Shown piece after piece: positions 36,001 to 49,087 of a DNA stretch of 64,000 nucleotides. This stretch comes from Macrostomum hystrix (taxonomy: Eukaryota; Animalia; Platyhelminthes), in contig CATNEN010000007.1 in assembly GCA_950097015.1 (NCBI GenBank), positions 13,144,001-13,208,000 on the forward strand. Direction: 5' to 3'. Positions within the stretch are counted from its first letter, which is position 1, and every line of letters starts with the position of its first letter. The notes beneath the pieces are model-generated. The model was not told the origin of the DNA and made no database searches. It was given only the letters and a program-made list of their open reading frames with translations. The position numbers and the translations under genes are program-made.

Positions 36001-39000
36001 TAAGTTTTCCTCAGACGACACTCACAACGCCTGCAAAGAGTACTTTTTCTCTTCTTGAAACACGTGCTTCCCTGAGGGCAAACAGGAAGTGAAGCCCTCA
36101 CTTGTCACTCTTCATGCCCTGTATCCTAGATCTCTGCCTATTGTCCCTCAACGGATGTTGCTAGCTCCAAACTTTTAGCACGAACGCACGAGCCACACTG
36201 ATATGGAAGTGAGAGTAAGCCGGGTCGGGTTATCTCGAACGATGAGCCACACTGATAAGTAGCTATGGAAGTGAGAGTAAGCCGGGTCGGGTTATCTCGA
36301 ACGATGAGCCACACTGATAAGTAGCTATGGAAGTGAGAGTAAGCCGGGTCGGGTTATCTCGAACGACGAGCCACACTGATAAGTAGCTATGGAAGTGAGA
36401 GTAAGCCGGGTCGGGTTATCTCGAACGACGAGCCACACTGATAAGTAGCTATGGAAGTGAGAGTGAGCCGGGTCGGGTTATCCCGAACGATGAGCCACAC
36501 TGATAAGTAGCTATGGAAGTGAGAGTAAGCCGGGTCGGGTTATCTCGAACGATGAGCCACACTGATAAGTAGCTATGGAAGTGAGAGTAAGCCGGGTCGG
36601 GTTATCTCTCGAACGACGAGCCACACTGATAAGTAGCTATGGAAGTGAGAGTAAGCCGGGTCGGGTTATCTCGAACGATGAGCCATACTGATAAGTAGCT
36701 ATGGAAGTGAGAGTAAGCCGGGTCGGGTTATCTCGAACGATGAGCCACACTGATAAGTAGCTATGGAAGTGAGAGTAAGCCGGGTCGGGTTATCTCGAAC
36801 GACGAGCCACACTGATAAGTAGCTATGGAAGTGAGAGTAAGCCGGGTCGGGTTATCTCGAACGACGAGCCACACTGATAAGTAGCTATGGAAGTGAGAGT
36901 GAGCCGGGTCGGGTTATCCCGAACGATGAGCCACACTGATAAGCAGCTATGGAAGTGAGAGTAAGCCGGGTCGGGTTATCTCGAACGATGAGCCACACTG
37001 ATAAGTAGCTATGGAAGTGAGAGTAAGCCGGGTCGGGTTATCTCGAACGATGAGTCATACTGATAAGTAGCTATGGAAGTGAGAGTAAGCCGGGTCGGGT
37101 TATCTCGAACGATGAGCCACACTGATAAGCAGCTATGGAAGTGAGAGTAAGCCGGGTCGGGTTATCTCAAACGACGAGCCACACTGATAAGTAGCTATGG
37201 AAGTGAGAGTGAGCCGGGTCGGGTTATCTCGAACGACGAGCCACACTGATAAGTAGCTATGGAAGTGAGAGTAAGCCGGGTCGGGTTATCTCGAACGATG
37301 AGCCATACTGATAAGCAGCTATGGAAGTGAGAGTATGCCATCGGGCATCTCCACCACACTGAACCAAGCTGCAATGAAGTTACTGTGGAAGGAAGTGAAA
37401 GAAAGCCACAATGATAACAGATGCTGTGTAAAAATATTTTCGTTTTTCCAACATGATTAAAGTATATTTTCGGCATTAGCTTTTCTTTGATTGCGAGTTT
37501 GAGTCGTCTCTTTTCTAGTTAAATGGTCCGCTAAAGTAGTCATGATGTACGCTTCAATCGCACTGACCTTGGTCTACGGCTGCCGCCTTCCCGTGGCGGA
37601 CCTGTCTGGCCTCGGCTGGCAAAGTCAGCCATCACCGGAGTCTCCGAATGGAAGCTCCTCGCGCAACGGTTTTTCGACAATTCGCTTACCTGGTCTGGGT
37701 ACTGCTGAGAGCTGGAGATCGAAGCGAACCCGGGCCTGCCCCGCCAGGTACAGCCGCACAATACGATCCCAGGCCAGTCAAAGCCGAGGCTGCCAAAGCC
37801 CCTTCGCCTCCTGCAACTCAACGCGGCTGGTCTCCGGGCCCGCAGGCTTGAACTCCTGCACTTCCTGGACACGCGGGACATTGACGTTGCCTGCCTACAA
37901 GAAACTAATCTGACCCCGTCCACACACGTCCCGCGCCTACCGGGCTGGCAGATAGCCAATGCGCTGTGACCGCGTGGTGAACCGCGCGAAGCCGCGCCAT
38001 CGGCTCACGGGGGCATCTGCTTCCTGATCAGCCGGACGTCACCTTCGCTCAAGTCACCTGGTCCGAACATCTGTCCTGGCGCGTGGTTGACCACATAGGA
38101 TCAAACCGCCTACCACCTTCCAAGCCAAGGAGGCGCTCTGGAGGACCTTTGTGACTGACAGCCGCAAGGAACTCAAATCAGTGGACCTGTAGCGCATCAT
38201 CCGCGACCTAGAAGGCCGCACCCCCAGCTGCCCGGCCTTCATGTGCGATGCAATGCGACGGCGGCAGGAAGGCCCACACTAGCGCTGGCATTGCCAACTT
38301 GTTTGGCCAAGAGTACGCTGCCGTAAGTCAACTTCCCCGCAAAAGGGCGCAAAAAGCCTATATAAGCTGATAGGCTTGCAGCGCCATCGCCGCTAAATGC
38401 AGCTGCGGGGGTGACCGCAGCGGAGTTTTTCCGACTTTCCGACTTTTTCCGAGTTTTTTGTGACTTGCTGAGTTTGCTTTGCTCTGCGCGACAGGTCGGC
38501 ACCTGGGCCCGACGGGTGTCCAACACCTTGGTAAAGCAACACTAACACCCCGTGTTCGTGTCCGTGTCCAACACCCCGAGTTTGCGCTGCGCTGCCTGAC
38601 GGACGTCATCAATCTATCCTGGCGCTCCGGACTCGTCCCGGTGGCCTGTCGCCCGGGAGAGATCCGACCAATTCCTAAGGCCGCAAAGCCACCGGGGCTC
38701 ATCTGCTTCCGCTGCTTCTGCTTCAGCTTCCGGCCCATCTGCCTCTTCAGCTGCATTGGAAAGTTGGCGAAGCGTCTTGTTAACCAGCGGCTTACGTACT
38801 TCATCGAGGCCAAAAACTGCCTACACCTGGCTCGGCGCTCTCGATCTACTGAGTAGCAAGTGGCGACGGCCGCCCAGTATATCTCGCGGATCAGCTTCCT
38901 CAACACTCTGCTGACGCCGGTAGGCCGCGACGAGCCGCCCCTCGTCCGGCGGCTCGATGCCCTCGAGACACTGCAGACTCACCCCTGAAGCTGTGGACAG

Positions 39001-42000
39001 ACGGCTCGGCCGTTGGAGGGACGGAAAAAGGCGGCGCCGGAGTCATCCTTCTCGACAATGGCGCTGTTGTCGACAGGCTCCGCGCCCCAGCGGGAGTAGT
39101 CACCTCTCCTTCCGTGCAGAGGAGGCCGCGCTCCACCTAGGCCTAGAGGCGCTGCTAGACCGGCCCAATCTGCTGAGCTCCGAAGGCCTTATCTGCTGCA
39201 CCGACTCCCAATTACTCGTTCGGGCCCTGGACGGCGGCCCAGCACGCGCTCGCCCGCCGAGCTGCGCTGGCATTTGGCACTGCCTCGTGGAAATCACTGC
39301 GCGGACGCCCGTGACTATCCAGTGGGTGCCAGGACACTGCAGGCTGTGACGTAATGAGGAGGCTGACGCGAAGGCCAGGTCCGCGGCGGGGCTCCCTCAG
39401 AACGAGCGGCGGGGCCCCGGTGAGCCTCCAGGCGCTCGCTCGGCCATCGAACGGGCGACTAGGACGAGAGACTTCGAAGCTTACGCCACCGACCCCCACT
39501 GCGCAACGCACCGAGAGCGCGAGCTTGAATGTGGTCACCAGCCGCGCCCACATGGTCCTGCTAGCACAGCTCCGGACAGGTCACTCACCAGCCCTCAAAA
39601 GCTACCTTTATCGGCTCGGGCTCGACGCTACCGACACCTGCACGCACTGCGGGCAAGCGGCGGAGGACGTTCGGCACCTCCTTATAGACTTCCACGCCCA
39701 CTCCGCCCGTTGCTGGCACCTGTGCGAAAACCCGACTCACCACCAACGGCCCGCGCGTCCTCTCCTGCTTTCGCGAGATCGGGGCCGTGACCCCCCATAG
39801 AGGGATACAACCGGGAGGAATAAACAAACAAACAAACATCGCACTGACCTCTCTGTGTTGTTCTCAGATAAAAGCAAGTTTCCAAACTTTCACTGTGGAG
39901 AATGGTTTGCCAAACTGAATAGCTGGAATCCGGCTTGTAATTAAGAAGCCATGTGTCCCCTGTCAGGTAGACACGAAATTACATGGAATCGCGAATGGTC
40001 GCGATAATTCAAGCGCGCAGGCTTCAGCGCGCATGCATGTAGCTGAGAAGGTTGGAGCAAGGGTGGCAACAAGGCTGTCGCAAATGTTCCACGAAGGCTT
40101 CCCAATCTCTGTTTGCCGTGAGCGTGTGTGCGGCTGCGAATCGGAAGTAAATACGCTCGTAGCTCGTAGTAGACGGGCGGGAGAAGCGATTCGCCGAACT
40201 TACTCATCAATCAGGACTCCGGCCCTGACAGGATTAAATTATAGCCAGTCCCCTCTTCCTAAGGCTGCTCACTGCAGAATCTCAAGGAGCGGATGGGTAG
40301 AGGGTCAGATCTGGCGAAGCGAAGAGAAGTGGAAAGATACTGCTTGGGTTCAGATTAATTTGACCCCGAATTCTCCCGGCCCGCTGTCCCTTAACTCTCA
40401 TGGGTTGGTTGGGGCACCTGAGCTGAGTGGGAGGAGCGTTAGCGAGCCAGTGGGGCGTGCTCAGCTCTAGTCTCAATTTTAAGCCATTTCTCCGACTATG
40501 AGCTATTATCTGGTCCGTCCCATTCCTTCAGTTTCAAGGCAGAACTTACCTTGTCAACAATGCAGCAGGCCGATCAAAAAACAGAAATTTTGGTGTCTAA
40601 GGTCTCACTCTACACTTCCAGCTGTCAGATAATCTAACTGCTACTAGCATGCTACCAGGTGTCATGCCAGGCAGTAAAAAGTGTTGGAATAAGATGTGTA
40701 TAATTTAGATCACTTTGGAGGCAGAGGAAAACCTATGCTGATAAGACCAAAAAATATATGCACCAGTATAGTCTCAGCAGAAAAGAGAGGATATGTTTAG
40801 TTTGCTCCAACTGCAACAAAATAAATTAGCAAAAGAACCAATTCTTAAAGTTTTTTAACTATTTGTTGAAAGCTGCGACTCACCTCACGCCTCGACACCT
40901 CTAGATGGCTGCTGCCAATAGCTGGGCCAAACGTCGTAAGTGGCGTTGCTCCATCCATAACTGGCTGCCCGCCGTAGTTCGCCTCCTGGGGATCCCTGGA
41001 ATTGACACTAACCACCGATTGCTGCCGCCGCTTATCCTTCGTTCCGCCGTAGCCTCGACTACTGGCGCTCCCACCCACCACACAGGGCTGCCGTCGGGTC
41101 AGCATGACAATGGCCACAACCAGAATCACCGTAATGAAACTGGAGGCGCCGACGATCACCAGCAGAACTGTCCAGTTTGACGAGGAGCCCCAAACTGGAG
41201 CGAAGAGCAAGCCATCGGTGCGGCGCTCCACAAACACAGCAAAACTAACAGAAGCTGCAAGCGGTTGTGGTCGACCTGCATCCCTTATTGTGAGGGTCAG
41301 CTTGTGCAATCCCGGTGACAGGCTGCTAAACACCCGCAATGAGCCCGTTGCTTCATCCAGCTGGAACTCCTGCCTGCCTGCCTGGTGCAGCTGCATGCGA
41401 AAGCCGGCGGTCAGCACGCAGTCGCGGCCGGAGAGCGGCTGGGGTAGCCAACACTGGTCTGCATCCTGTGCCTCTACCTGCAGCACCAGCACACCCGGTG
41501 TGTGGTCGCTTGTAATATTTATGACCTGTGTGGAAGTAGGGTAGACAGGGGTGTGGGTCAAGAAGGGATAACTGTTAAAAGCAATGTGAGATTTACGCTT
41601 GTAGATTTATCATTCCCTGAAGTGTAGCGAATGAGAAGTTCAGAAACACTTTCCTTGTCTGAGTGTGTATTTGATATAACATAAATTTTTATTATAATAC
41701 GAGCGTATTTTAAGATTTTGGATAATTTCTAATAGCTCATTAAAATATCAAATTACTAAAAGACTGCCCTCACCTCATTCGGTGTCGGCCTTAGTACTAC
41801 AGGTGGATTGTCGTTGAGGTCCAGTAGGCTGACAGTTACTGTGGCTGACGAAGACATCGAGGGACTACCAAAGTCCTTCACACTGACGAGCAGCAGGTGA
41901 CGGTCAGCTTGTTCCCGGTCAAGGCGACCGTTAGCCCAAATGCGGCCATCAGTATCCACGCTGTACGTGGCATTGAGGGGCCTCGGTGCGACGACTCCAA

Positions 42001-43885
42001 TGAGGGTAAAAACTGCCCTGGCATTTGGCGTCTTCGGTTCGTCGAGGTCCTCATAGGCTAGTTGACCAATAAGAACATTTTTGGCTTTCGTGTCACTGAA
42101 GGTCTCATTAACCTCCAGAAAAAGTGGTGCCTTCACACTTGGACTGTTATCGTTAACGTCAAGCACGCGGACTTCCACCTGGACTGTAGCGGAGCGCTGA
42201 CCGTCTGATACTTGTACTGTGAATGAGTACGCATTGGAGCCAGATGGGAATTCGCCTGCAGCCTCTCGGTCGAGCGGACGTAACGTACTGATCTGACCAG
42301 TACGGGGTTGTATATGGAAGCGGCCCAATGTCTGACTCTCGTCAACGAAGGAGAAGGTCAGATTCGCCGTTGCGTCACCATCCCGAGCCACAACCTGCGC
42401 TACATGTGCTCCAGGGCGGAGTCCCTCGCGCACCTGGCTGTAGATCACACTAGAGTTGAACGAAGGCGTGAATTCATTCTCATCACCGATATCCACCACT
42501 ACGGTAAGGTTTGAGGTCAGTGGCGAACTGCCACGATCGGTGCACACAATCACAAACCGATCACTAGAAACAACTTCCCTATCGTATCTCCGGGTAGATC
42601 TGATCTTGTAAAACTTGCCGTCGTCGGAGGTAGCGATCATTTGGAAGCTATCAGCCCCGGCGCCCAGCCTGCAATCGACCCGCGCATTCTCGTCCTTGTC
42701 GCCATCAGTAATTGTTGCGTGGGCAATCACATCAGGTTTTGCATTTTCTTGCACGCTGGGTCGATTAGGATTTGTAGCACTCGGCCTGACATTAACAAGA
42801 CTGATCCTAGGACTATGGTCGTTTATGTCTATTACATTTATTAGCACCTGGGTTCGATCCACAAGAGGAGGCTCCCCGTGGTCTGAGGCTCTCACCAAAA
42901 TCTCCAGTGGCATTTGGTCGGCTGCATCTACGGGGCCTGTGAGGAGCAGAATCCCTTCGCTGGGGTCAATCCGGAAGCTGGCTGAGTCCTTATCAAGCCA
43001 GTAGCGAATCCGCGAATTTTCAGCCGAGTCGTTATCTTTTGCGCGCACACGGCCGATTTCTTTTAATGGTCCGCCAGGTTTCCAGTCACCTTCGGACAAT
43101 CGAAAAACGTACCAATGATGCTCAAACAGTGGCATGTTGTCGTTTTCGTCTTGTATTCGGACCTCAACAATGGCTGTCGTGCAGAGAGGTTGCAGGCCCT
43201 GATCGCAAGCTTGCAGGGTCAGATTATAACTCTGTAGCCTCTCATAGTCCAGATCAGGCCCGATCAACAGGGTGGGTTGAGAGCTATCCGCTCGCTCTAG
43301 CTTGTCCACCCGCATCCGTTCTGGCTTGCTGCTGCTGAGAATCATCACAGTGGTTCGTCCGTTCTTTCCAGCGTCGGGATCGGTAACGGTTGGCAATTGC
43401 TGCCACTGATTCACTGAATTTTCCTTTACTGTCAGTACTCGACCATTTATATCGAATTGAGGCGCATTGTCGTTTGCGTCGTGGATAAGAAGGTCAAACT
43501 CCACCCGTGCCATGCGCTCAGGCCGGTTTTTGTTCTGCAGCATAGCGCTAAATCGTACTTTGCATGGGGACTGTGATCGGCAGCCGAGTTGGGGATCCTC
43601 GCGGTCGATTTCAGAGGCCAACATCACACGACCGTCATTTGTAACCTCCAGCAGATCGTTGCCTTGACGATTCCTCCCTTCGATGTGTACTTTCACTTCG
43701 TCGCCTTCCTGCCAGATCTTGTCGGTGAAGCACTGGCCATACAGGTTAGAGTTTTCAAGTGTCGCTCTGACTGGGTCGCCCTCCTGAACGGAGAAGCGAC
43801 AGACAGGTTCTGAGAACACCACAGTTCCTTGGATTAGAAGCAGCGGTAGAAGCAGCAACAGTAGGATTGCTGGCTGAAGACGCAT
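33036..43885 (-). CDS. Delta-type protocadherin (signal peptide, 7 cadherin repeats, TM, cytoplasmic DSGHG motif), ~1023 aa
   Basis: Exons 43885-41774, 41525-40884, 35219-35078, 33211-33036 (GT-AG, phases 0,0,1). DRE/DYE, DxD and DxNDNxP motifs (DANDNAP, DENDNMP, DINDHSP, DENEFTP, DVNDNSP, DLNDNPP); TM VLLVIVGASSFITVILVVAIVML; SADSGHGASEEE. The last two exons are less certain. Confidence 0.88.
33885..35040. repeat. Intronic 27-bp minisatellite (~42 copies)
   Basis: TGGTCATGGAGGATCAAGGATTTATTG, degenerate at both ends. Confidence 0.97.
36188..37335. repeat. Intronic 62-bp minisatellite (~18 copies)
   Basis: GAGCCACACTGATAAGTAGCTATGGAAGTGAGAGTAAGCCGGGTCGGGTTATCTCGAACGAT. Confidence 0.97.
37570..37655 (+). 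ncRNA. Putative (degenerate) HDV-like ribozyme at the LINE 5' end
   Basis: P1 GGTCT/GGACC; P2 GCTGCC/GGAAGC (1 mismatch); P3-L3 GCC-TTCCCGT-GGC; P4 TCTGG..GGCTGGC-AAA-GTCAGCC..CCGGA; J4/2 CGAAT. Assigned by eye. Confidence 0.6.
37570..39837 (+). mobile_element. Degenerate, internally deleted Ingi-like (I-group) non-LTR retrotransposon in protocadherin intron 2
   Basis: 13-bp TSD ATCGCACTGACCT (37557-37569, 39838-39850); (AAAC)n tail. Frameshifted remnants of APE (LLQLNAAGL..DIDVACLQETNL), RT N-part (IPKAAKP..FRPICLFSCIGKL), RNase H (WTDGS, FRAE, TDSQ, IQWVPGH) and C-terminal QLRTGH..CTHCG..H. Confidence 0.92.
41774..43885 (-). CDS. Large first coding exon of the protocadherin (signal peptide, EC1-EC6)
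   Basis: 704 uninterrupted codons with six cadherin repeats, ending GAG|gtgagg. Confidence 0.96.
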
Positions 43886-45558
43886 TTTGAACGCTCTGAA
43901 AGTGAATACACAAGGGAAAGGAGATTGTGTGCCAAATTGAAATCACTGGCCGAGAATCCAATCGATCAATCAGTTCCACGTGGCTGCCGCGGAACCCAAA
44001 GCGGACTCCTAACGGACTACTCAAGAAAAAAAATACCGGATTTTTTTGTCAAAAACTGCGCAAAAAGGTCGAGAAACCCAGCGCGATAATCTAATCTAAG
44101 CCAGAGATGCTGACGCTGAGGCACAACTCTCAGCCATTAATTCAGCAAGCTTTTCTCTGTCTCTCGCAGCCACGTTTCGAAGACTCTTAAAGCAGAAATG
44201 CCAGGCCCTCGACTCTGCTGAAACCGGTAGTCGCCCAATTCTGGCTCAAGTGCAAAGCAGAAAAGTGGCTATTCACTCTGCATTTCTTCCATCCGCTGCC
44301 TCTACTCTTTCTCTCTCACTGCTCAAACTTTCCACCGTGTCAGGCCCCAATATAAGGTACAGGTGGTATCGCAGGCAGCCAGTTTTATATTTTTCAATCA
44401 ACCAAACCTGCAGTAACTGAGCAGCCCTTGAGTGGCAGCGCCATGGATAATCCCAATTACTGAAGGTATGGACAGGCCCCTTATCGGCACAGCTCCCTAT
44501 CCTATCCACTTGTACGACCATGGCTTCCATTCCTGTCTTCCAACACCTTTTCTAGCAAGGAAAATTTTGGCTGAAGCAAAAAGATCCAGCAGGAACTCGC
44601 ATCGCATCGGATCCACTGCTTTTTTAAGCCTAGCAAGAGTAAAAAAGTGCACTGAACAAAGGCTCCCGACAACAAGCATCCTTGACTTTAAAATTGAGCG
44701 GACCAGTGCCGCGGCCTTCCAACCCTCAAGTAATGCCGCTCTTCGCTCCAGCCATGAGTTGCGCAACCAACGGGAAGCAAATTAATTACTTTGAGAAGGG
44801 TCGTAGAGTGACGAGCGCGTTAAAGTTTTAATGCCATTGAGATCAATTTCTGGACTTTAAAGGACCTTCGGGACTAGCCGGGCTGAGCGCTAATGCGAAA
44901 TTCCCAACCTAACACACACATTTCTCGCCCGCTTTATGGCGACTCTTGCAAGCGAAAAATTACCGGCCACCAAGGCTCTTCTAGCGGCAGTGCAGCAGAA
45001 ACTCTGGGGAATTTTCTGCACCAGCTCGTTTTCCGCCTCTTCTCAGCTCGCCTCGGTGCTCGAGCACCTTGTTTCTTTCGAGCATGCTCTAAATCTTTCG
45101 CCTCGCCGCGTCTTCTCTTTCAATTTCCTTGACTAATATCCCAACGCCTCCTTGCTGCCCATTTCTCAGCTTAAGCGGCATCCTCATTTCCTAGTCCCAT
45201 CCCGCCTACCTGCTGGGCCTGGGCTCTCGGGCCGCTTCGTTGGGCGCGGCTTGAAGACCGTGGAATAAAAGCAATGAACAGGTAAGCAAGCGGAAGCGAA
45301 GCAGGAACGTAGAGTGAATAAACTATGAAATCGGAACTTTTGAAAAAAACTAATTAACATGGAAACAAAGACCTTGGGCCCGTTCTATAACTCGCGCATT
45401 GCCCTAACTTCCAACTTAGGGGCTAAAGCTAAGATCAAACTTACCTTATGAAAGCTTAGTACGACCCCTTATGCAAAAGCTGAGTGACAGTGGGATAAAA
45501 TGAGAGAATTCGATAAAAAAGCTTCCTTGAATTAGACAAGACATGCATTTTGGAGAAG

Positions 45559-46592
45559 ACTGAAAACTATGTGCATTCTGTCAACAATAGCTTAGATTTA
45601 GGCCGAGATAGCAGTGGAGATACTGATTAGAACTGAAAACTATGTGCATTCTGTCAACAATAGCTTATAGATTTAGGCCGAGATAGCAGTGGAGATACTG
45701 ATTAGAACTGAAAACTATGTGCATTCTGTCAACAATAGCTTATAGATTTAGGCCGAGATAGCAGTGGAGATACTGATTAGAACTGAAAACTATGTGCATT
45801 CTGTCAACAATAGCTTATAGATTTAGGCCGAGATAGCAGTGGAGATACTGATTAGAACTGAAAACTATGTGCATTCTGTCAACAATAGCTTAGATTTAGG
45901 CCGAGATAGCAGTGGAGATACTGATTAGAACTGAAAACTATGTGCATTCTGTCAACAATAGCTTATAGATTTAGGCCGAGATAGCAGTGGAGATACTGAT
46001 TAGAACTGAAAACTATGTGCATTCTGTCAACAATAGCTTAGATTTAGGCCGAGATAGCAGTGGAGATACTGATTAGAACTGAAAACTATGTGCATTCTGT
46101 CAACAATAGCTTAGATTTAGGCCGAGATAGCAGTGGAGATACTGATTAGAACTGAAAACTATGTGCATTCTGTCAACAATAGCTTAGATTTAGGCCGAGA
46201 TAGCAGTGGAGATACTGATTAGAACTGAAAACTATGTGCATTCTGTCAACAATAGCTTAGATTTAGGCCGAGATAGCAGTGGAGATACTGATTAGAACTG
46301 AAAACTATGTGCATTCTGTCAACAATAGCTTAGATTTAGGCCGAGATAGCAGTGGAGATACTGATTAGAACTGAAAACTATGTGCATTCTGTCAACAATA
46401 GCTTAGATTTAGGCCGAGATAGCAGTGGAGATACTGATTAGAACTGAAAACTATGTGCATTCTGTCAACAATAGCTTCTAGATTTAGGCCGAGATAGCAG
46501 TGGAGATACTGATTAGAACTGAAAACTATGTGCATTCTGTCAACAATAGCTTAGATTTAGGCCGAGATAGCAGTGGAGATACTGATTAGAAC
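45559..46592. repeat. 73/75-bp minisatellite (14 copies)
   Basis: ACTGAAAACTATGTGCATTCTGTCAACAATAGCTTA(TA)GATTTAGGCCGAGATAGCAGTGGAGATACTGATTAGA. Confidence 0.97.
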
Positions 46593-47325
46593 TTTAGTTT
46601 TTAATCATCATTTGAGGCCAGATGTAGCAGGCAGATTAAACAGGCAAAATGCAGTGCCACAAATATGAAAGCGAGCAAAAGTGGAGAGCAGCCGGCAGAA
46701 TAGGCTAGCCAAAAAGCCAGCGTACACAGTACCACAACTCACTGCTTTGCTTTTACTTTTAAATGGCCAGAGAAAATGCATTTATTTATGCGCTGAGTAG
46801 CCGTCGAGAAGGAAGGAAAATGGGAGATGGGATAATTCCAGCGGCCCGAGGGACATTGGAAGACAATGAGGCGCTGGGGCAGAGTGTTTGCATTCAGTAC
46901 CTAATCAGAGGGCCAGCTGCGCATGGCCACATTTTCTTAGTCACCAGGAAGGGGAGGCTGAGTCAGGGAGAAACAGAGTGGGGCCGAGCGATAGACAAAA
47001 AACCTTTTATATCTGAACGAAAAAAGAGAGCGACAAGAATGAGCAGATGTTTGCACAGGACAAACAGCAGAGGGCTGCGAAGGTTGCGCGATGGGCCAGA
47101 ATAAGAAGCTCACAGAACAGAAAAGTGGGCCTTGCTCAACCTCATTACAGCCGGAGACCTGCAGCCCATTGTTCCTCGAACAATTCCATCAGCGTCTTTA
47201 TTTCTCAGTCCAAGCCGAGATTCTTGACTGCCCCTGGGCAAATATTCCCAGTTCCAAAAGTTGATTTAATGAAAAAAAATACTATCTCTCTGCTGCCACT
47301 GCAAATGCTAGGATGCTTAGAGCAT

Positions 47326-49087
47326 CACAATTACCTGCTTCTCATGAGATGCTCACAGCAACATAACTACCTGCTTCTCATGAGATGCTCACAGCAACAC
47401 AACTACATGCTTCTCATGAGATGCTCACAGCACAAACTACCTGCCTCTCATGAGATGCTCACAGCAACACAACTACCTGCTTCTCATGATGCTCACAGCA
47501 ACACAACTACCTGCCTCTCATGAGATGCTCACAGCAACACAACTACCTGCCTCTCATGAGATGCTCACAGCAACACAACTACCTGCTTCTCATGAGATGC
47601 TCACAGCAACACAACTACCTGCTTCTCATGAGATGCTCACAGCTACACAACTACCTGCCTCTCATGAGATGCGCACAGCACCACAACTACCTGCCTCTCA
47701 TGAGATGCTCACAGCAACACAACTACCTGCCTCTCATGAGATGCTCACAGCTACACAACTACATGCTTCTCATGAGATGCTCACAGCAACACAACTACCT
47801 GCCTCTCATGAGATGCGCACAGCACCACAACTACCTGCCTCTCATGAGATGCGCACAGCACCACAACTACCTGCTTCTCATGAGATGCTCACAGCTACAC
47901 AACTACCTGCCTCTCATGAGATGCGCACAGCTACACAACTACCTGCCTCTCATGAGATGCGCACAGCACCACAACTACATGCTTCTCATGAGATGCTAAC
48001 AGCACAAACTACCTGTTTCTCATGAGATGCTAACAGCACAAACTACCTGTTTCTCATGAGATGCTCACAGCAACACAACTACCTGCTTCTCATGAGATGC
48101 GCACAGCAACACAACTACCTGCCTCTCATGAGATGCGCACAGCACCACAACTACCTGCTTCTCATGAGATGCTAACAGCACAAACTTCCTGTTTCTAATG
48201 AGATGCTCACAGCAACACAACTACCTACTTCTCATGAGATGCTAACAGCACAAACTACCTGTTTCTCATGAGATGCTCACAGCAACACAACTACCTGTTT
48301 CTCATGAGATGCTCACAGCAACACAACTACCTGTTTCTCATGAGATGCTCACAGCAACACAACTACCTGCTTCTCATGAGATGTTAACAGCACAAACTAC
48401 CTGTTTCTCATGAGATGCTCACAGCAACACAACTACCTGCCTCTCATGAGATGCTCACAGCAACACAACTACCTGCCTCTCATGAGATGCTCACAGCAAC
48501 ACAACTACCTGCCTCTCATGAGATGCTCACAGCAACACAACTACCTGCCTCTCATGAGATGCTCACAGCAACACAACTACCTGCCTCTCATGAGATGCTC
48601 ACAGCAACACAACTACCTGCCTCTCATGAGAGGCTCACAGCAACACAACTACTTGCTTCTCATGAGATGCTCACAGCTACACAACTAAATGCTTCTCATG
48701 AGATGCTCACAGCTACACAACTACTTGCTTCTCATGAGATGCTCACAGCTACACAACTACTTGCTTCTCATGAGATGCTCACAGCTACACAACTACATGC
48801 TTCTCATGAGATGCTCACAGCTACACAACTACTTGCTTCTCATGAGATGCTCACAGCAACACAACTACCTGCCTCTCATGAGATGCTCACAGCAACACAA
48901 CTACCTGCTTCTCATGAGATGCTCACAGCTACACAACTACATGCTTCTCATGAGATGCTCACAGCTACACAACTACCTGCCTCTCATGAGATGCTCACAG
49001 CTACACAACTACCTGCCTCTCATGAGATGCTCACAGCTACACAACTACCTGCCTCTCATGAGATGCTCACAGCTACACAACTACCTG
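47326..49087. repeat. 36-bp minisatellite (~49 copies, with 34-bp variants)
   Basis: TGAGATGCTCACAGCAACACAACTACCTGCCTCTCA. Confidence 0.97.
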
